Below are positions 9,971-22,414 of a DNA stretch of 64,000 nucleotides, piece after piece (position 1 is the stretch's first letter; each line of letters opens with the position of its first letter). Source of the stretch: an uncultured delta proteobacterium. Its GTDB lineage: Bacteria; Desulfobacterota; Binatia; UBA9968. The position numbers were made by a program, and so were the translations under genes. The DNA lies in assembly GCA_963816145.1 (NCBI GenBank), contig CAWFJP010000017.1, positions 160,001 to 224,000 on the forward strand. The letters are read 5' to 3'. The notes beneath the pieces were generated by a model that saw only the letters and a program-made list of their open reading frames with translations, was not told the origin of the DNA and ran no database searches.

Positions 9971-10693
9971 TCACAGGGCCGGGGCGTACAAATTGTTCGG
10001 CAAAGCGCGGACGTAGTCGAGCGCCTCTTTGAGCGGGATCACGTCGGCATACTTCATCGCCATGTCGAATAGATTGATCTTGTGCGAAGCCTGGCCGCGG
10101 TCGAAAACACACTCTTCGACCACCGAGACTTTCAAGTTATAGGAGAACGCGTCGATGACGCTGGCGCGCACGCAGCCGCTGGTGGTGGTGCCGCAGACAA
10201 GCAAGCTGTCAGCATGGACTTCGGTCAGCATGCTCATAAGCGGCGTGCCGAAAAAAGCGCTGGGCTTTTGCTTGCGCACGACGATATCCCCGGGCTGGGG
10301 AGCGATCTCTTCGACGATCTGATTGGCTTTCTCCCATTGCTCGGTCATGTCTTCCGTGGTGCGGTTGCTTTTGGCCGCCCAACCGCCAACCAAAACCGTG
10401 CTGTTAGCGCGATTCTCCTCGGCGGTGGTATAAAACGTCGGCACATGCTTTTTGCGAGCATCGCCGAGCAACTGGCCAATCGCATGGACACCGTCCCAAC
10501 CTTCTTCACCGCAGCTGGTACGAAAACGCTTCACCGACTCGAGGATCGGTTCGGGTTTATCGCCGGTAAAATTGTAATTGACGTCGATAATCAACAGCGC
10601 CGGCCGCTGCCCCAACCCGGCTTTCTTACCGAAACCCGATAGCGCGAAAACTTCTTTGTCGCGCGGCGTCAAGATATCGTCCCAGCTCGCCAT
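9971..10693 (-). CDS. Isochorismatase-family cysteine hydrolase
   Basis: RPALLIIDV, K.KPSAFFGT and G.TTSGCVRAS..DA give the D-K-C catalytic triad; GGGAGG SD. Confidence 0.9.
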   Translation of the reverse strand: MASWDDILTPRDKEVFALSGFGKKAGLGQRPALLIIDVNYNFTGDKPEPILESVKRFRTSCGEEGWDGVHAIGQLLGDARKKHVPTFYTTAEENRANSTVLVGGWAAKSNRTTEDMTEQWEKANQIVEEIAPQPGDIVVRKQKPSAFFGTPLMSMLTEVHADSLLVCGTTTSGCVRASVIDAFSYNLKVSVVEECVFDRGQASHKINLFDMAMKYADVIPLKEALDYVRALPNNLYAPAL

Positions 10694-10845
10694 GAGAGAC
10701 CCTCCCCAATTGCACGTTTGCCGGATGTTCATAACAATTCGCAGGCGATGTCAAGTCGATATCGCCGCCGACACATTGACCCCAGGTCAACTGACGCCTA
10801 TAACGAGGGAAGCTCGGCAAACTAGAAAAGGGAATTTCGCCCACG

Positions 10846-11397
10846 ATGACGCAAATCGGCAAAACTCTTAAGCTAATCTTGGTATTTTTGCTCTTAACCG
10901 GCTGCGGTTCGTCCGTAGCGGTGTGGACCGATGGCGAAGTGCCGTTTGTCCGATCGACACCGGAAGTTATCGAGCGCATGCTCGATCTCGCGCAGGTGAA
11001 ACCAGGCGATGTCATCTACGATATCGGCAGCGGCGACGGCGCGATCATCATCTATGCGGCAAAAAAATACGGCATCAAAGGCGTCGGTATAGAAATCGAT
11101 GAGGGCTTGGTCGAGCGCGCGCGCCGCAGCGCATATGTCGAAAACGTCCAGCATCTGGTCGAGTTTCGCGCCCAGGACGCCTTCACCGTCGACATCTCTC
11201 CCGCCACCGTCGTAACGCTCTACATGCTGCCGGAATTCAACGCCAAACTGCGGCCGATCATGGATCGCCAGCTCAAGCCTGGCACGCGAGTCGTCTCCCA
11301 CGACTATCCGGTTGAAGGGTGGGTGCCGGACCGCATGGAGCCGGTTCGCGGTGACTTCCTCCATGACCACACAGTTCTGCTCTTTGAGATTCGTTAG
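10846..11397 (+). CDS. Class I SAM-dependent methyltransferase with a lipoprotein-like signal peptide
   Basis: VPFVRS, DIGSGDG (motif I), GIEID and VVSHDY; N-terminal LLLTGC lipobox-like sequence. Confidence 0.85.
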   Translation: MTQIGKTLKLILVFLLLTGCGSSVAVWTDGEVPFVRSTPEVIERMLDLAQVKPGDVIYDIGSGDGAIIIYAAKKYGIKGVGIEIDEGLVERARRSAYVENVQHLVEFRAQDAFTVDISPATVVTLYMLPEFNAKLRPIMDRQLKPGTRVVSHDYPVEGWVPDRMEPVRGDFLHDHTVLLFEIR

Positions 11398-11414
11398 AAT
11401 AAGCAACCGATCCA

Positions 11415-11586
11415 GCAAAGGGTAAGCCCGAAGCAGGGAAGCCAGCTAATTGTGCCGTCGCAAAATCTTATTTCATGCGTGGCTTTGAGCAATCGTAAAC
11501 TAGCCGGGAAACCCGGTTGCACCCTAGTCAACTTTCGTCTCAGAGGCAGAGGCCCATTGGCTTCACCGCGGAGGGTTACCCTTTGC
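11415..11586. ncRNA. Candidate structured RNA (~170 nt), family unassigned
   Basis: Nested complementary segments: 11415-11425/11576-11586 (11 bp perfect), 11438-11444/11558-11564, 11453-11456/11545-11548, 11486-11489/11539-11542, 11499-11503/11524-11528, and hairpin 11504-11516. Confidence 0.5.
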
Positions 11587-11626
11587 CACGCTCTAACTGC
11601 CAAACGCGCAATTCGCGCTAAAACGC

Positions 11627-11654
11627 AAAAGGCCCCGCATAAGCGAGGCCTTTT
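11627..11654. terminator. Bidirectional intrinsic terminator
   Basis: AAAAGGCCCCGC-ATAA-GCGAGGCCTTTT, with an A-run and a T-run flanking a GC stem, downstream of the eutA-like gene. Confidence 0.8.
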
Positions 11655-11678
11655 AAGAATCACACACTTGAATAGATC

Positions 11679-13223
11679 TTAGTCGCTTGCGGTCGTCGGA
11701 AACATCAGCGACTTAACAGTGACTGGAATGACTTCGGTGATACCCAAGCATTCACCGATATCGATATAGTCCAAATCGCCCACTTCGATGCCGTCAATCG
11801 CAATAATATCCCGAGAAACTTGAAGCTCCTCCCGCAGGATGGCGCCGAGTGACTTGGCGATATCCAAATCCAGGGTCAAATAAAGCGGACACTTTGAATC
11901 GTCGGCTTCTTTGAGAATCTTCGCCACGCCTTCGGCAATGCGCCGGACCGATTGATAGTCCGGCACGCCACTCACGGTTAACGACAAAGCTAACCCGGAA
12001 GTGAAGCAGCTCAGGTCAAACTTTCTGAGCGCCTGTTTGATCGCTTCGGCCACCGACTCGCCGGCGCGGATCGGCGCTTGAATGACCTTTAGACCATGCA
12101 CCGGCAGGGCTTTCTCGTTGGAGACATAGCTGGTGTTGCCGCTCGCTTGGATGGTGTACTCGCCGGCGCCGATGACCGTGGCGCGAATACCTTCGATGGG
12201 CTCGCGCAGGACATCCTTAGGGAGCTTTTTTAAATAGTCGCGCATGTTCTTGCCGAGCACCGGCCCGATGTCGCCGTACGCTTTCGGATCGCGGTCGTAG
12301 ACATGCTCGGAAACGCCACCGGAAAAAACCAGGTGCTGCACTTGCTTGAAACCGGCGTAGTTGACGAACGGCGGCGTCACCATCAGTGAACTCGCCATCG
12401 GCGACTTTGGGCCTTGTTCGATGACCTCGAAGAGAATCTTCGCCATATAGGCGCCGAAGTCTTCTTTCATTTTCTCACTGATCTTCTGGCCGAGCGCAAC
12501 TTTATGGCCGAGCTCATTCATCATGATTCGCCCCGGCTCTTCGATACGCGTTATCTGGTCCTTTTCATCGAAAGCGATGAGCCGCGCCCCGATGCTGATC
12601 GAGGCCGTTTGCGTCACGACGCCTTCTTCGACAAGCGAAAATTTGGTCGTGCCACCACCCATATCGACATTGAGCACGGTCTTGTGCTCGCCCTTCGACA
12701 GATCCACCGCGCCACAACCGTAAGCAGCTAATAGCGCTTCGTGGTTATGCCCCGCCGCCGCGCAGATAAACTTACCGGAGTATTTGGCGAAGTTCTCAAC
12801 GATCGGCTGCGCGTTTTCTTTTTTCAAAGCTTCGCCAGTGATGATCACCGCGCCGGTATCGACATCTTCCGGCGTCAAGCCCGCCTCCTTATAAGCGTTG
12901 TGGATGAAGTCATTCACCTTATCAGTGTCGATCTTGGTCGCCGAGATATAGGGCGTCAGCATAATCGGCGAGCGGTAGAGCACCTCGCGACCGGTGACCC
13001 GGAACTTACCCGATAACGACGCGCCTTCGCGCCGCAGCGTTATGTGCGAAAAAATCAAATGCGATGTGGAAGAACCGATGTCGATGCCCACGCTTTTCAG
13101 CGAAAACATCTCCAACCCCTCGATGTCGGTGACGATCTCATCCTCTTTAATAATGAAATTGTCGGGATGGTCGTGATCGTAGATATCGTCGTGCATCTGT
13201 AGCCTCTGTATAGTATCCGCCAT
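11679..13223 (-). CDS. EutA-like ASKHA ATPase (ethanolamine ammonia-lyase reactivating-factor family)
   Basis: SVGIDIGSSTSHL, YRSPIMLTP, GAVIITGE, NVDMGGGT, FSGGVS, IRATVIGAG, DYIDIG and PVTVKSLMF match the EutA motif order. Confidence 0.88.
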   Translation of the reverse strand: MADTIQRLQMHDDIYDHDHPDNFIIKEDEIVTDIEGLEMFSLKSVGIDIGSSTSHLIFSHITLRREGASLSGKFRVTGREVLYRSPIMLTPYISATKIDTDKVNDFIHNAYKEAGLTPEDVDTGAVIITGEALKKENAQPIVENFAKYSGKFICAAAGHNHEALLAAYGCGAVDLSKGEHKTVLNVDMGGGTTKFSLVEEGVVTQTASISIGARLIAFDEKDQITRIEEPGRIMMNELGHKVALGQKISEKMKEDFGAYMAKILFEVIEQGPKSPMASSLMVTPPFVNYAGFKQVQHLVFSGGVSEHVYDRDPKAYGDIGPVLGKNMRDYLKKLPKDVLREPIEGIRATVIGAGEYTIQASGNTSYVSNEKALPVHGLKVIQAPIRAGESVAEAIKQALRKFDLSCFTSGLALSLTVSGVPDYQSVRRIAEGVAKILKEADDSKCPLYLTLDLDIAKSLGAILREELQVSRDIIAIDGIEVGDLDYIDIGECLGITEVIPVTVKSLMFPTTASD

Positions 13224-13243
13224 TTTCTCCTACCCTAATAACA

Positions 13244-13273
13244 GGAATCCCCGCTCCTTGGAGCGGGGATTCC
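13244..13273 (-). terminator. Strong hairpin between the cupin and eutA-like genes (partial terminator or mRNA stabiliser)
   Basis: GGAATCCCCGCTCC-TT-GGAGCGGGGATTCC, a 14-bp perfect inverted repeat; only a weak U-tract (TGTTATT) follows on the minus strand. Confidence 0.65.
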
Positions 13274-13304
13274 GTAATCAAACTTTTAAGTCGTTACAGT
13301 TAAT

Positions 13305-14438
13305 CTATTGCTTGCCCATCGCTTTGGACCATTCGTAGTCCGGGTTGCTGTAGCATTCGTCGGGCATGATGCTCTTGATGCCGCGTTTGCCCAACTCCTC
13401 TTCAAACTTCTTACGAATAAACGGATCCTCGTTGGGATACTCGATCTGATCCTTGGCGCGATCTTCGACCTTTTCCGCATGGCCATGGAACTGCATCGGT
13501 GGATGAAGTGCCAAATAACGCGCCATATCACCGCCGGCATTGAAATGCTGGTGGAACCACTTATCCGGCGGAGTAATCATGCTGCATTCATGCCATGGGC
13601 AAACGATCTTTTCTTTGCCCTCTTCCCACATGATTGAATAGCCTTCGCCGGCGGGAATGATGATCGCGCGGCCCGGGCCATGGCGATGCGCTTTCTTGTA
13701 GGTCTTAGGCGCGAACACCGACATGTGAGCGGTAAGTTCGGAATTGGGGAACTGCATGAACACGCTCTTGCCGCCGGCGCCGCGCCGTTCGTTGGCATCG
13801 AGCTTGTTCCAGGCACGCATGTCCGGGAAGAAGTTACCGTACCAGAAGGCGCGCATGCCCAACCCTTCGTCGGCATCCTTCGCCTGAACCATTTTGGCTT
13901 CCGAATAGAAATCGCCCTGGTCGGCGGTGATTTTAGGCTCGTAAGGATTGTTGAAATACATATCGGGTTCCGGCAACGCTGACATCGCCATCGGCATGTA
14001 GCTGTAGTGGAACAAGCGGATCGGCTTGTCGCCCGTCATATTGCTGAAGACATGCCAATGATTGCGCGGCACGAGAAACATCGAGTGCTCTTGCCATTCG
14101 AAATTCTTCTTCGCTTTGCCTTCACCTGCCCATACGGTGGTCAATCCGCGGCCGGAGCAAACGTAAACGACCTCATCCAAGGCGAACTTTACCGGCGGCA
14201 ACGACTTACCGGGAGGTACTTCAGTGACACGCGCGGCGCTGACACCTTCTTGCCCCCACAACTGAATGAAGGCGGCCTTGCAGCCTCTTTCTTCCCACCA
14301 TTCCAATTCAACGGTGCGGAGATCTGGGATAAAATAACCCTTGTGGATTGGGATGCCCTTGGATTTCATCCACCGGTCATAGGTGAATTCCTTGCTCCAC
14401 ATCGTGATTACGGGTTCTTGATTCGCCGTTTCGGCCAT
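13305..14438 (-). CDS. Bicupin protein (gentisate 1,2-dioxygenase-like metal site in the C-terminal cupin)
   Basis: Two cupin repeats: DEVVYV.SGRG...VPRNHWH and KAHRHGPG...GEGYS...PP..WFHQHFN; GGAGG SD. Confidence 0.8.
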   Translation of the reverse strand: MAETANQEPVITMWSKEFTYDRWMKSKGIPIHKGYFIPDLRTVELEWWEERGCKAAFIQLWGQEGVSAARVTEVPPGKSLPPVKFALDEVVYVCSGRGLTTVWAGEGKAKKNFEWQEHSMFLVPRNHWHVFSNMTGDKPIRLFHYSYMPMAMSALPEPDMYFNNPYEPKITADQGDFYSEAKMVQAKDADEGLGMRAFWYGNFFPDMRAWNKLDANERRGAGGKSVFMQFPNSELTAHMSVFAPKTYKKAHRHGPGRAIIIPAGEGYSIMWEEGKEKIVCPWHECSMITPPDKWFHQHFNAGGDMARYLALHPPMQFHGHAEKVEDRAKDQIEYPNEDPFIRKKFEEELGKRGIKSIMPDECYSNPDYEWSKAMGKQ

Positions 14439-14476
14439 AAAACTTCCTCCTTACTGCGTTCTCTTTTGCTATTTAC

Positions 14477-14893
14477 TTATCTTCTTGTCTCTTTACTAGC
14501 AACCTGGAGCCGGGCCAATGCGCGCCGTTGCGCCTCTTCAAGTTGCCCATACTCGGGGTCCTCGAAATTGACCTCGCCCATACGCTTTTCAGCTCGTTCC
14601 TTAGCCCTCTGCGCGCGCGCCGTATCGATCTCGGCGGGAAACTCGGCCGCCGGGGCGAGCACGGTCATGACATTATCCAATACCTCGGCATAGCCACCGC
14701 CGATGACCAAGGAATGACGGGCAGCGCCTTGTTTGTAGCTCATCTCTCCGGCGACCAATGTCGACAAGAAGGAAATATGATTGGGCAGGACGCCAAACTC
14801 GCCCAATTCGCCCGGCGCGCTGACCTCGTCGACTTCCTCTTCAAGTACCAGCCGGCTCGGGGTTACGACTCTTAGTTTAATCTTGTCTGCCAT
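14477..14893 (-). CDS. atpC: F1 ATP synthase epsilon subunit
   Basis: VVTP, PG..GEFGVLPNH, GGYAEV and RALARL motifs. Confidence 0.95.
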   Translation of the reverse strand: MADKIKLRVVTPSRLVLEEEVDEVSAPGELGEFGVLPNHISFLSTLVAGEMSYKQGAARHSLVIGGGYAEVLDNVMTVLAPAAEFPAEIDTARAQRAKERAEKRMGEVNFEDPEYGQLEEAQRRALARLQVASKETRR

Positions 14894-14905
14894 GGTAAAT
14901 ACCAA

Positions 14906-14968
14906 GGCGTGAGGCGATGGGCGCGAGTCCGGAATCTGACTCATGCCTCATGACTCACGCCCCATGCC
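14906..14968. repeat. 7-nt periodic inverted repeat in the atpD-atpC spacer
   Basis: GGCGTGA GGCGATG GGCGCGA ... TCATGCC TCATGAC TCACGCC. Confidence 0.7.
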
Positions 14969-14972
14969 TAAC

Positions 14973-16400
<1,428 letters not shown>

Positions 16401-16405
16401 TCATA

Positions 16406-16483
16406 TCGTGTTCGTGCCCGTGGTTCGTGCTCGTAAATCCATATTCCGAGTCTCCCCGAACACGATCACGAGCCACGGTCACG
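16406..16483. repeat. 6-7-nt periodic inverted repeat in the atpG-atpD spacer
   Basis: TCGTGT TCGTGC CCGTGG TTCGTGC TCGT ... CACGAT CACGAG CCACGG TCACG. Confidence 0.7.
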
Positions 16484-16487
16484 TCTT

Positions 16488-17354
<867 letters not shown>

Positions 17355-17365
17355 CGCTGCAAAAA

Positions 17366-17424
17366 TTTCTAGCTTCTAGTCGGATCTTTCTAGCTACGAC
17401 GAACTAGAAACATGAAACTAGGAA

Positions 17425-17427
<3 letters not shown>
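17366..17427. repeat. 7-nt periodic inverted repeat in the atpA-atpG spacer
   Basis: TTTCTAG CTTCTAG ... TTTCTAG ... CTAGAAA CATGAAA CTAGGAA CTA. Confidence 0.65.
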
Positions 17428-18933
<1,506 letters not shown>

Positions 18934-18943
18934 CTCTTGCTCC

Positions 18944-19486
18944 TTAATAACCGCGCGCGATGCGCTGTTTCATCTTTTCCAATTGCGTTCGCAAGCTGCC
19001 GTCGTAGATCTTTCCTTCAAGCTCCACTTGGAGGCCGCCAAGTAAATCCGGCTCGACTACCTGTTGGAGGATGACTTCTTTGCCGGAAATAGCGCGCAGC
19101 TGACCGCGCACCCGCTCGACCATCGCCGGCTCGAGCGCATTCGCGCTGACCACTTTGGCATCGACGCGGCCTTTGGCATCATTGAGCAAGCGGCGATAAC
19201 AACTGACGATACCAGGCAGGTGGCCCAAGCGGTCGCGCTCCAGGAGCAGCGACAGAAACCTGACGGTCAATGACGACAGGCGCTCGCTCTGCGCAACTTG
19301 GTTCAGTATCCGTTTTCGCGTGTCAACAGGAAATGCGGGATTGGTCAGTACTGGCTGCAGGTCGGATCGGCTATACTCCGAATGAAATTGTTCGATCTCG
19401 ACGCCGACCGCCTCTTCCTGGCCGCCGTCGCGCGCCAATTGAAAAATCGCCTTGGTGTATCTGCGTGCTAAACTGCCTTCGGTCAT
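18944..19486 (-). CDS. atpH: ATP synthase delta subunit
   Basis: ARRY.KA, V.P.LLGG and DGSL..QL motifs; position in the operon. Confidence 0.95.
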   Translation of the reverse strand: MTEGSLARRYTKAIFQLARDGGQEEAVGVEIEQFHSEYSRSDLQPVLTNPAFPVDTRKRILNQVAQSERLSSLTVRFLSLLLERDRLGHLPGIVSCYRRLLNDAKGRVDAKVVSANALEPAMVERVRGQLRAISGKEVILQQVVEPDLLGGLQVELEGKIYDGSLRTQLEKMKQRIARGY

Positions 19487-20049
19487 CGCGCCTGTCCAAT
19501 GCTTTGAATAAATTCATCCGCCAGGCGGTTTTGATCGTCCACCGACAAGTTGCGTTGGAGCAATGCCCGCGCCGTGGCTTCTGCCTGGATCGCCATTTCC
19601 TCGCGAATTTTCTGCCGCGCCATTTTGACTTCTTGATCGGCAAGAATCCTGGCGTCATCTTTGACCTTTGCCGCCATGGCATTGGCGTCGGCGAGCAGTT
19701 TGGCTTTGTCGCGCTCGCCTTCGTCGCGAAGGGTCGCTTGTAAGGTTTGCACTTCTCGGTCCACCGCGGCGAGTTTGGCTTGATATTCGTCAACCATGCC
19801 CTGGGCGGCGGCCATTTTTGCCGAAGCTTGCGACATCGTCGCAATCACTTCTTCGCGCCGGCTTTTTAGAAAACTGCGCACCGCCGGAAGCGCGTACTTG
19901 ACGATAATAAAGGCGTAGATCAGAAAATTGAGGGCAGGGAAAATGACATCGGTGATCGGCGGCGCGTGATGCTCGGCGCCATGACTGGCAGCTTCCGAAG
20001 CCCACAACTGTGCCGTGGTGAAAAGATCGAGAAAATCCTGGCTGCTCAC
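19483..20049 (-). CDS. atpF: F0 ATP synthase subunit b
   Basis: NFLI TM segment followed by a charged coiled coil; 4-nt overlaps with both neighbours. Confidence 0.9.
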   Translation of the reverse strand: MSSQDFLDLFTTAQLWASEAASHGAEHHAPPITDVIFPALNFLIYAFIIVKYALPAVRSFLKSRREEVIATMSQASAKMAAAQGMVDEYQAKLAAVDREVQTLQATLRDEGERDKAKLLADANAMAAKVKDDARILADQEVKMARQKIREEMAIQAEATARALLQRNLSVDDQNRLADEFIQSIGQAR

Positions 20050-20474
20050 CCGACTCTCCTCCCGAGAACTTTGTTCACCATGTCCGCAGCCACTACGCTG
20101 ACTTCCGCCGCCACAAGCCGTTTTTCCTGTTCCATGGCGGCGGCTACCTGCTGTCTAACCTGTTCGAGGCTACGGCCGGCCTCATCGCGGGCTTGGCCGA
20201 GAATCTTTTCGCGCTGCTGGCGCGCGTCCTGGTTGATCGCCTCTTTAGCCGCGTAACCTGCCGCTTGCCCTTGGGCCATCTTCTCGTCGAATTGGGCCTT
20301 TAGCCTGGCACCCTCATGCTCGAGGTCGACCGAATCATGTTGAGCTCCGGTGGTCTTGCGCTCGCGCTCTTCCAACAAGCGCAAATACGGTTGAAAAAGC
20401 AGCTTATTGAGAATCAGCCACAGGACGACGAACAGAACGATTTGATAGACGATGCTGTAATCAAGTTGAATCAT
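20046..20474 (-). CDS. F0 ATP synthase subunit b'
   Basis: QIVLF..L..ILNKLLFQP...LEERE, coiled coil, C-terminal KVLGR. Confidence 0.9.
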   Translation of the reverse strand: MIQLDYSIVYQIVLFVVLWLILNKLLFQPYLRLLEERERKTTGAQHDSVDLEHEGARLKAQFDEKMAQGQAAGYAAKEAINQDARQQREKILGQARDEAGRSLEQVRQQVAAAMEQEKRLVAAEVSVVAADMVNKVLGRRVG

Positions 20475-20637
20475 GATCAACGACCGCTAACAGTTATACT
20501 TTCACCCTACTTCGCCCAACTCGGAATGGCGAAATGCAGCTCCCAAATAATAAAAAACCCACATTCTTTTGCGAACGTAGGATCGAGGATCGGGAAGATG
20601 ACGGACAACGAACCGAGGTCTATTTCTTACAATCGAG

Positions 20638-21195
20638 CTACAGCTTAGGCGCGGAAGCCGCCGCCGATTTATCAGCGCTTTGGCTGTGCGAACCTGCGAC
20701 TCCACCCTTTTGCTTCGCAACTCCCATGGAGCAGTCCCCGTCAAACACCACGCCTTCAGTAATAATCAACTGGGGAGCATCGATGTTACCGATCAAGCGG
20801 GCCGGCGCCAACAGCTCAATCCGTTCCTTTGCGCTGACATTGCCTTCAACCTTGCCGCGGATAACCACGATTTGGCCGGTGATCTTGGCCTTCACTTCCG
20901 CACCCTCGCCGATGGTAAGGGTTCCCTGACAATTCACTTCGCCATCGACGATGCCGTCGATACGCGCCGGCCCGTGAAAACTTAACTGACCGGTGACGCG
21001 ACTCCCTTTAAATAGATAACCAACCAAACCCGCCGTTGAAGGCTGAGGCGGCGGAACCTCTATTTTTTCCGCGGGCGGCGTCGGGGGAGCCGCTATTGTT
21101 GCAGTGGGCTCTGGCGCCGGATTCGGTGCTTGTGCCACGCTTTGCGCTTCTGTTTCGGTTTTTTTTCCGCCAGGGTTTTTATCAAACCAAGCCAT
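20638..21195 (-). CDS. Bactofilin (polymer-forming cytoskeletal protein) with a Pro-rich N-terminus
   Basis: G.RVTG.L.F.G.ARIDG.V.G...LTIGE.A.V.A.I...V.I.G.V.GN...I.EG..FDG.CSM beta-helix pattern. Confidence 0.9.
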   Translation of the reverse strand: MAWFDKNPGGKKTETEAQSVAQAPNPAPEPTATIAAPPTPPAEKIEVPPPQPSTAGLVGYLFKGSRVTGQLSFHGPARIDGIVDGEVNCQGTLTIGEGAEVKAKITGQIVVIRGKVEGNVSAKERIELLAPARLIGNIDAPQLIITEGVVFDGDCSMGVAKQKGGVAGSHSQSADKSAAASAPKL

Positions 21196-21227
21196 TTTCC
21201 GGTTCTCCCCGTGCCTGGGCAGAGTTT

Positions 21228-21256
21228 CCTATAACATCCGAGAATCTCATTGTCAA
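21228..21256 (-). promoter_or_regulatory. sigma-70-type promoter of the bactofilin(-atp) transcript
   Basis: Minus strand reads TTGACA-N17-TATAGG with an extended TG. Confidence 0.6.
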
Positions 21257-21439
21257 AACGCCGCTGACAAAACCAACCAGGCTCGCGTCGATGCTGCAAG
21301 TGAGCGCTTAAACCGCAAATCAAGTGATTCGCGAAAACCGCAAATGGACAACCTCGCTCATCCTACAAACGCGACAATATTAGTTCAGTCCTTGACCGTT
21401 TAGATCACATTGTTTAGCTTAACACCAGCTGATCTATAT

Positions 21440-22399
21440 ATGACCCATCTCCGCCTGCTCACCAAGCTCGCACTGCTGATTCTTCTATCGCTGTCCCAAC
21501 CAGCCGCCGCGCAAACTCTGTTACGGGTCGCTACTCCCGGCGCGCTCACCGGGGCTTTGCCAATCTACCTCGGCGCCAAAAGGGGCGTTTTTCAGAGATA
21601 CGGATTGACCGTCGAAGTCATAGCCACGCGCAACGAACAAATGAACATGCAGGCACTGATGTCCGACAGCGTGCAGTTCCTGACTTCAAGCTCCACCGGC
21701 CTATTTTACTTGGGCAAGCAGGGCTTGGATGCGGTTGGCGTCGCATCCTGGAATAATGCTTCGCCCTATAGCCTCGGCAGCCGCTTCAAGATCAAAGCAC
21801 TCAAGGAATTGAAAGGCAAAAAGATCGCCTCCAGCGGCGCCGGCGGCCGCGCGGATGCGTTTATCAATTTCATGCTCACCAAAGCCGGCTTGAACCCGAA
21901 AACCGACGTGCAGATACTTCCGCTCTCCGGCGGCTCGCCAGTGCGCCTGGCCGCCGTGGTCTCCGGCAATCTTGACGCCACCTTGATCTCATCCTTGCAA
22001 GGCCGCCACGCTGAAAAGCTTGGCCTCACGGTGCTGCCGATCCCGCTCGAATATATCTGGGGCATTAATTTGACCCGGCGATCCTATCTGACCAAGAACC
22101 GCGAGACCGTGAAGAATTACCTACGCGGTTTAGCCGATTCGGTCCGTCTGATGATGGCGGACAAAGAATCCACCCTTGCGGTGATGGCGCAGGTGCTAAA
22201 AATCGACGACCGAGACAGCCTTGAATACTCCTATCGGATCATGAAAGCCGATGCCCGGCCTGATCTATTTCCGAGCGAAGAAGCGATTGTCAACGTTTTG
22301 AAGACCATGGTCTATGAAGATCCGGCCTTCGGCCAGATCCCGCCATACAAGTTTTTCGACCTATCGTTGATTCAAGAACTCAAGTCGGAAGCCCGCTAA
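21440..22399 (+). CDS. ABC-type substrate-binding protein, NMT1/SsuA-like
   Basis: Signal peptide, G.F.RYGL.VE, LKGKKIA, GLNP..DV and a C-terminal FD.S motif. Confidence 0.85.
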   Translation: MTHLRLLTKLALLILLSLSQPAAAQTLLRVATPGALTGALPIYLGAKRGVFQRYGLTVEVIATRNEQMNMQALMSDSVQFLTSSSTGLFYLGKQGLDAVGVASWNNASPYSLGSRFKIKALKELKGKKIASSGAGGRADAFINFMLTKAGLNPKTDVQILPLSGGSPVRLAAVVSGNLDATLISSLQGRHAEKLGLTVLPIPLEYIWGINLTRRSYLTKNRETVKNYLRGLADSVRLMMADKESTLAVMAQVLKIDDRDSLEYSYRIMKADARPDLFPSEEAIVNVLKTMVYEDPAFGQIPPYKFFDLSLIQELKSEAR

Positions 22400-22414
22400 A
22401 CAAGAGGAAGGGTT

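Noticed and set aside
11415-11586. Assigning the structured element to TPP, cobalamin or c-di-GMP-II riboswitches, SRP RNA or tRNA
   Set aside because: Only short partial words match (CTGAGA, GGGAAGCC, GTGCAACCG), in the wrong order or context. It precedes no gene, and there is no SRP GGAA loop motif or cloverleaf.
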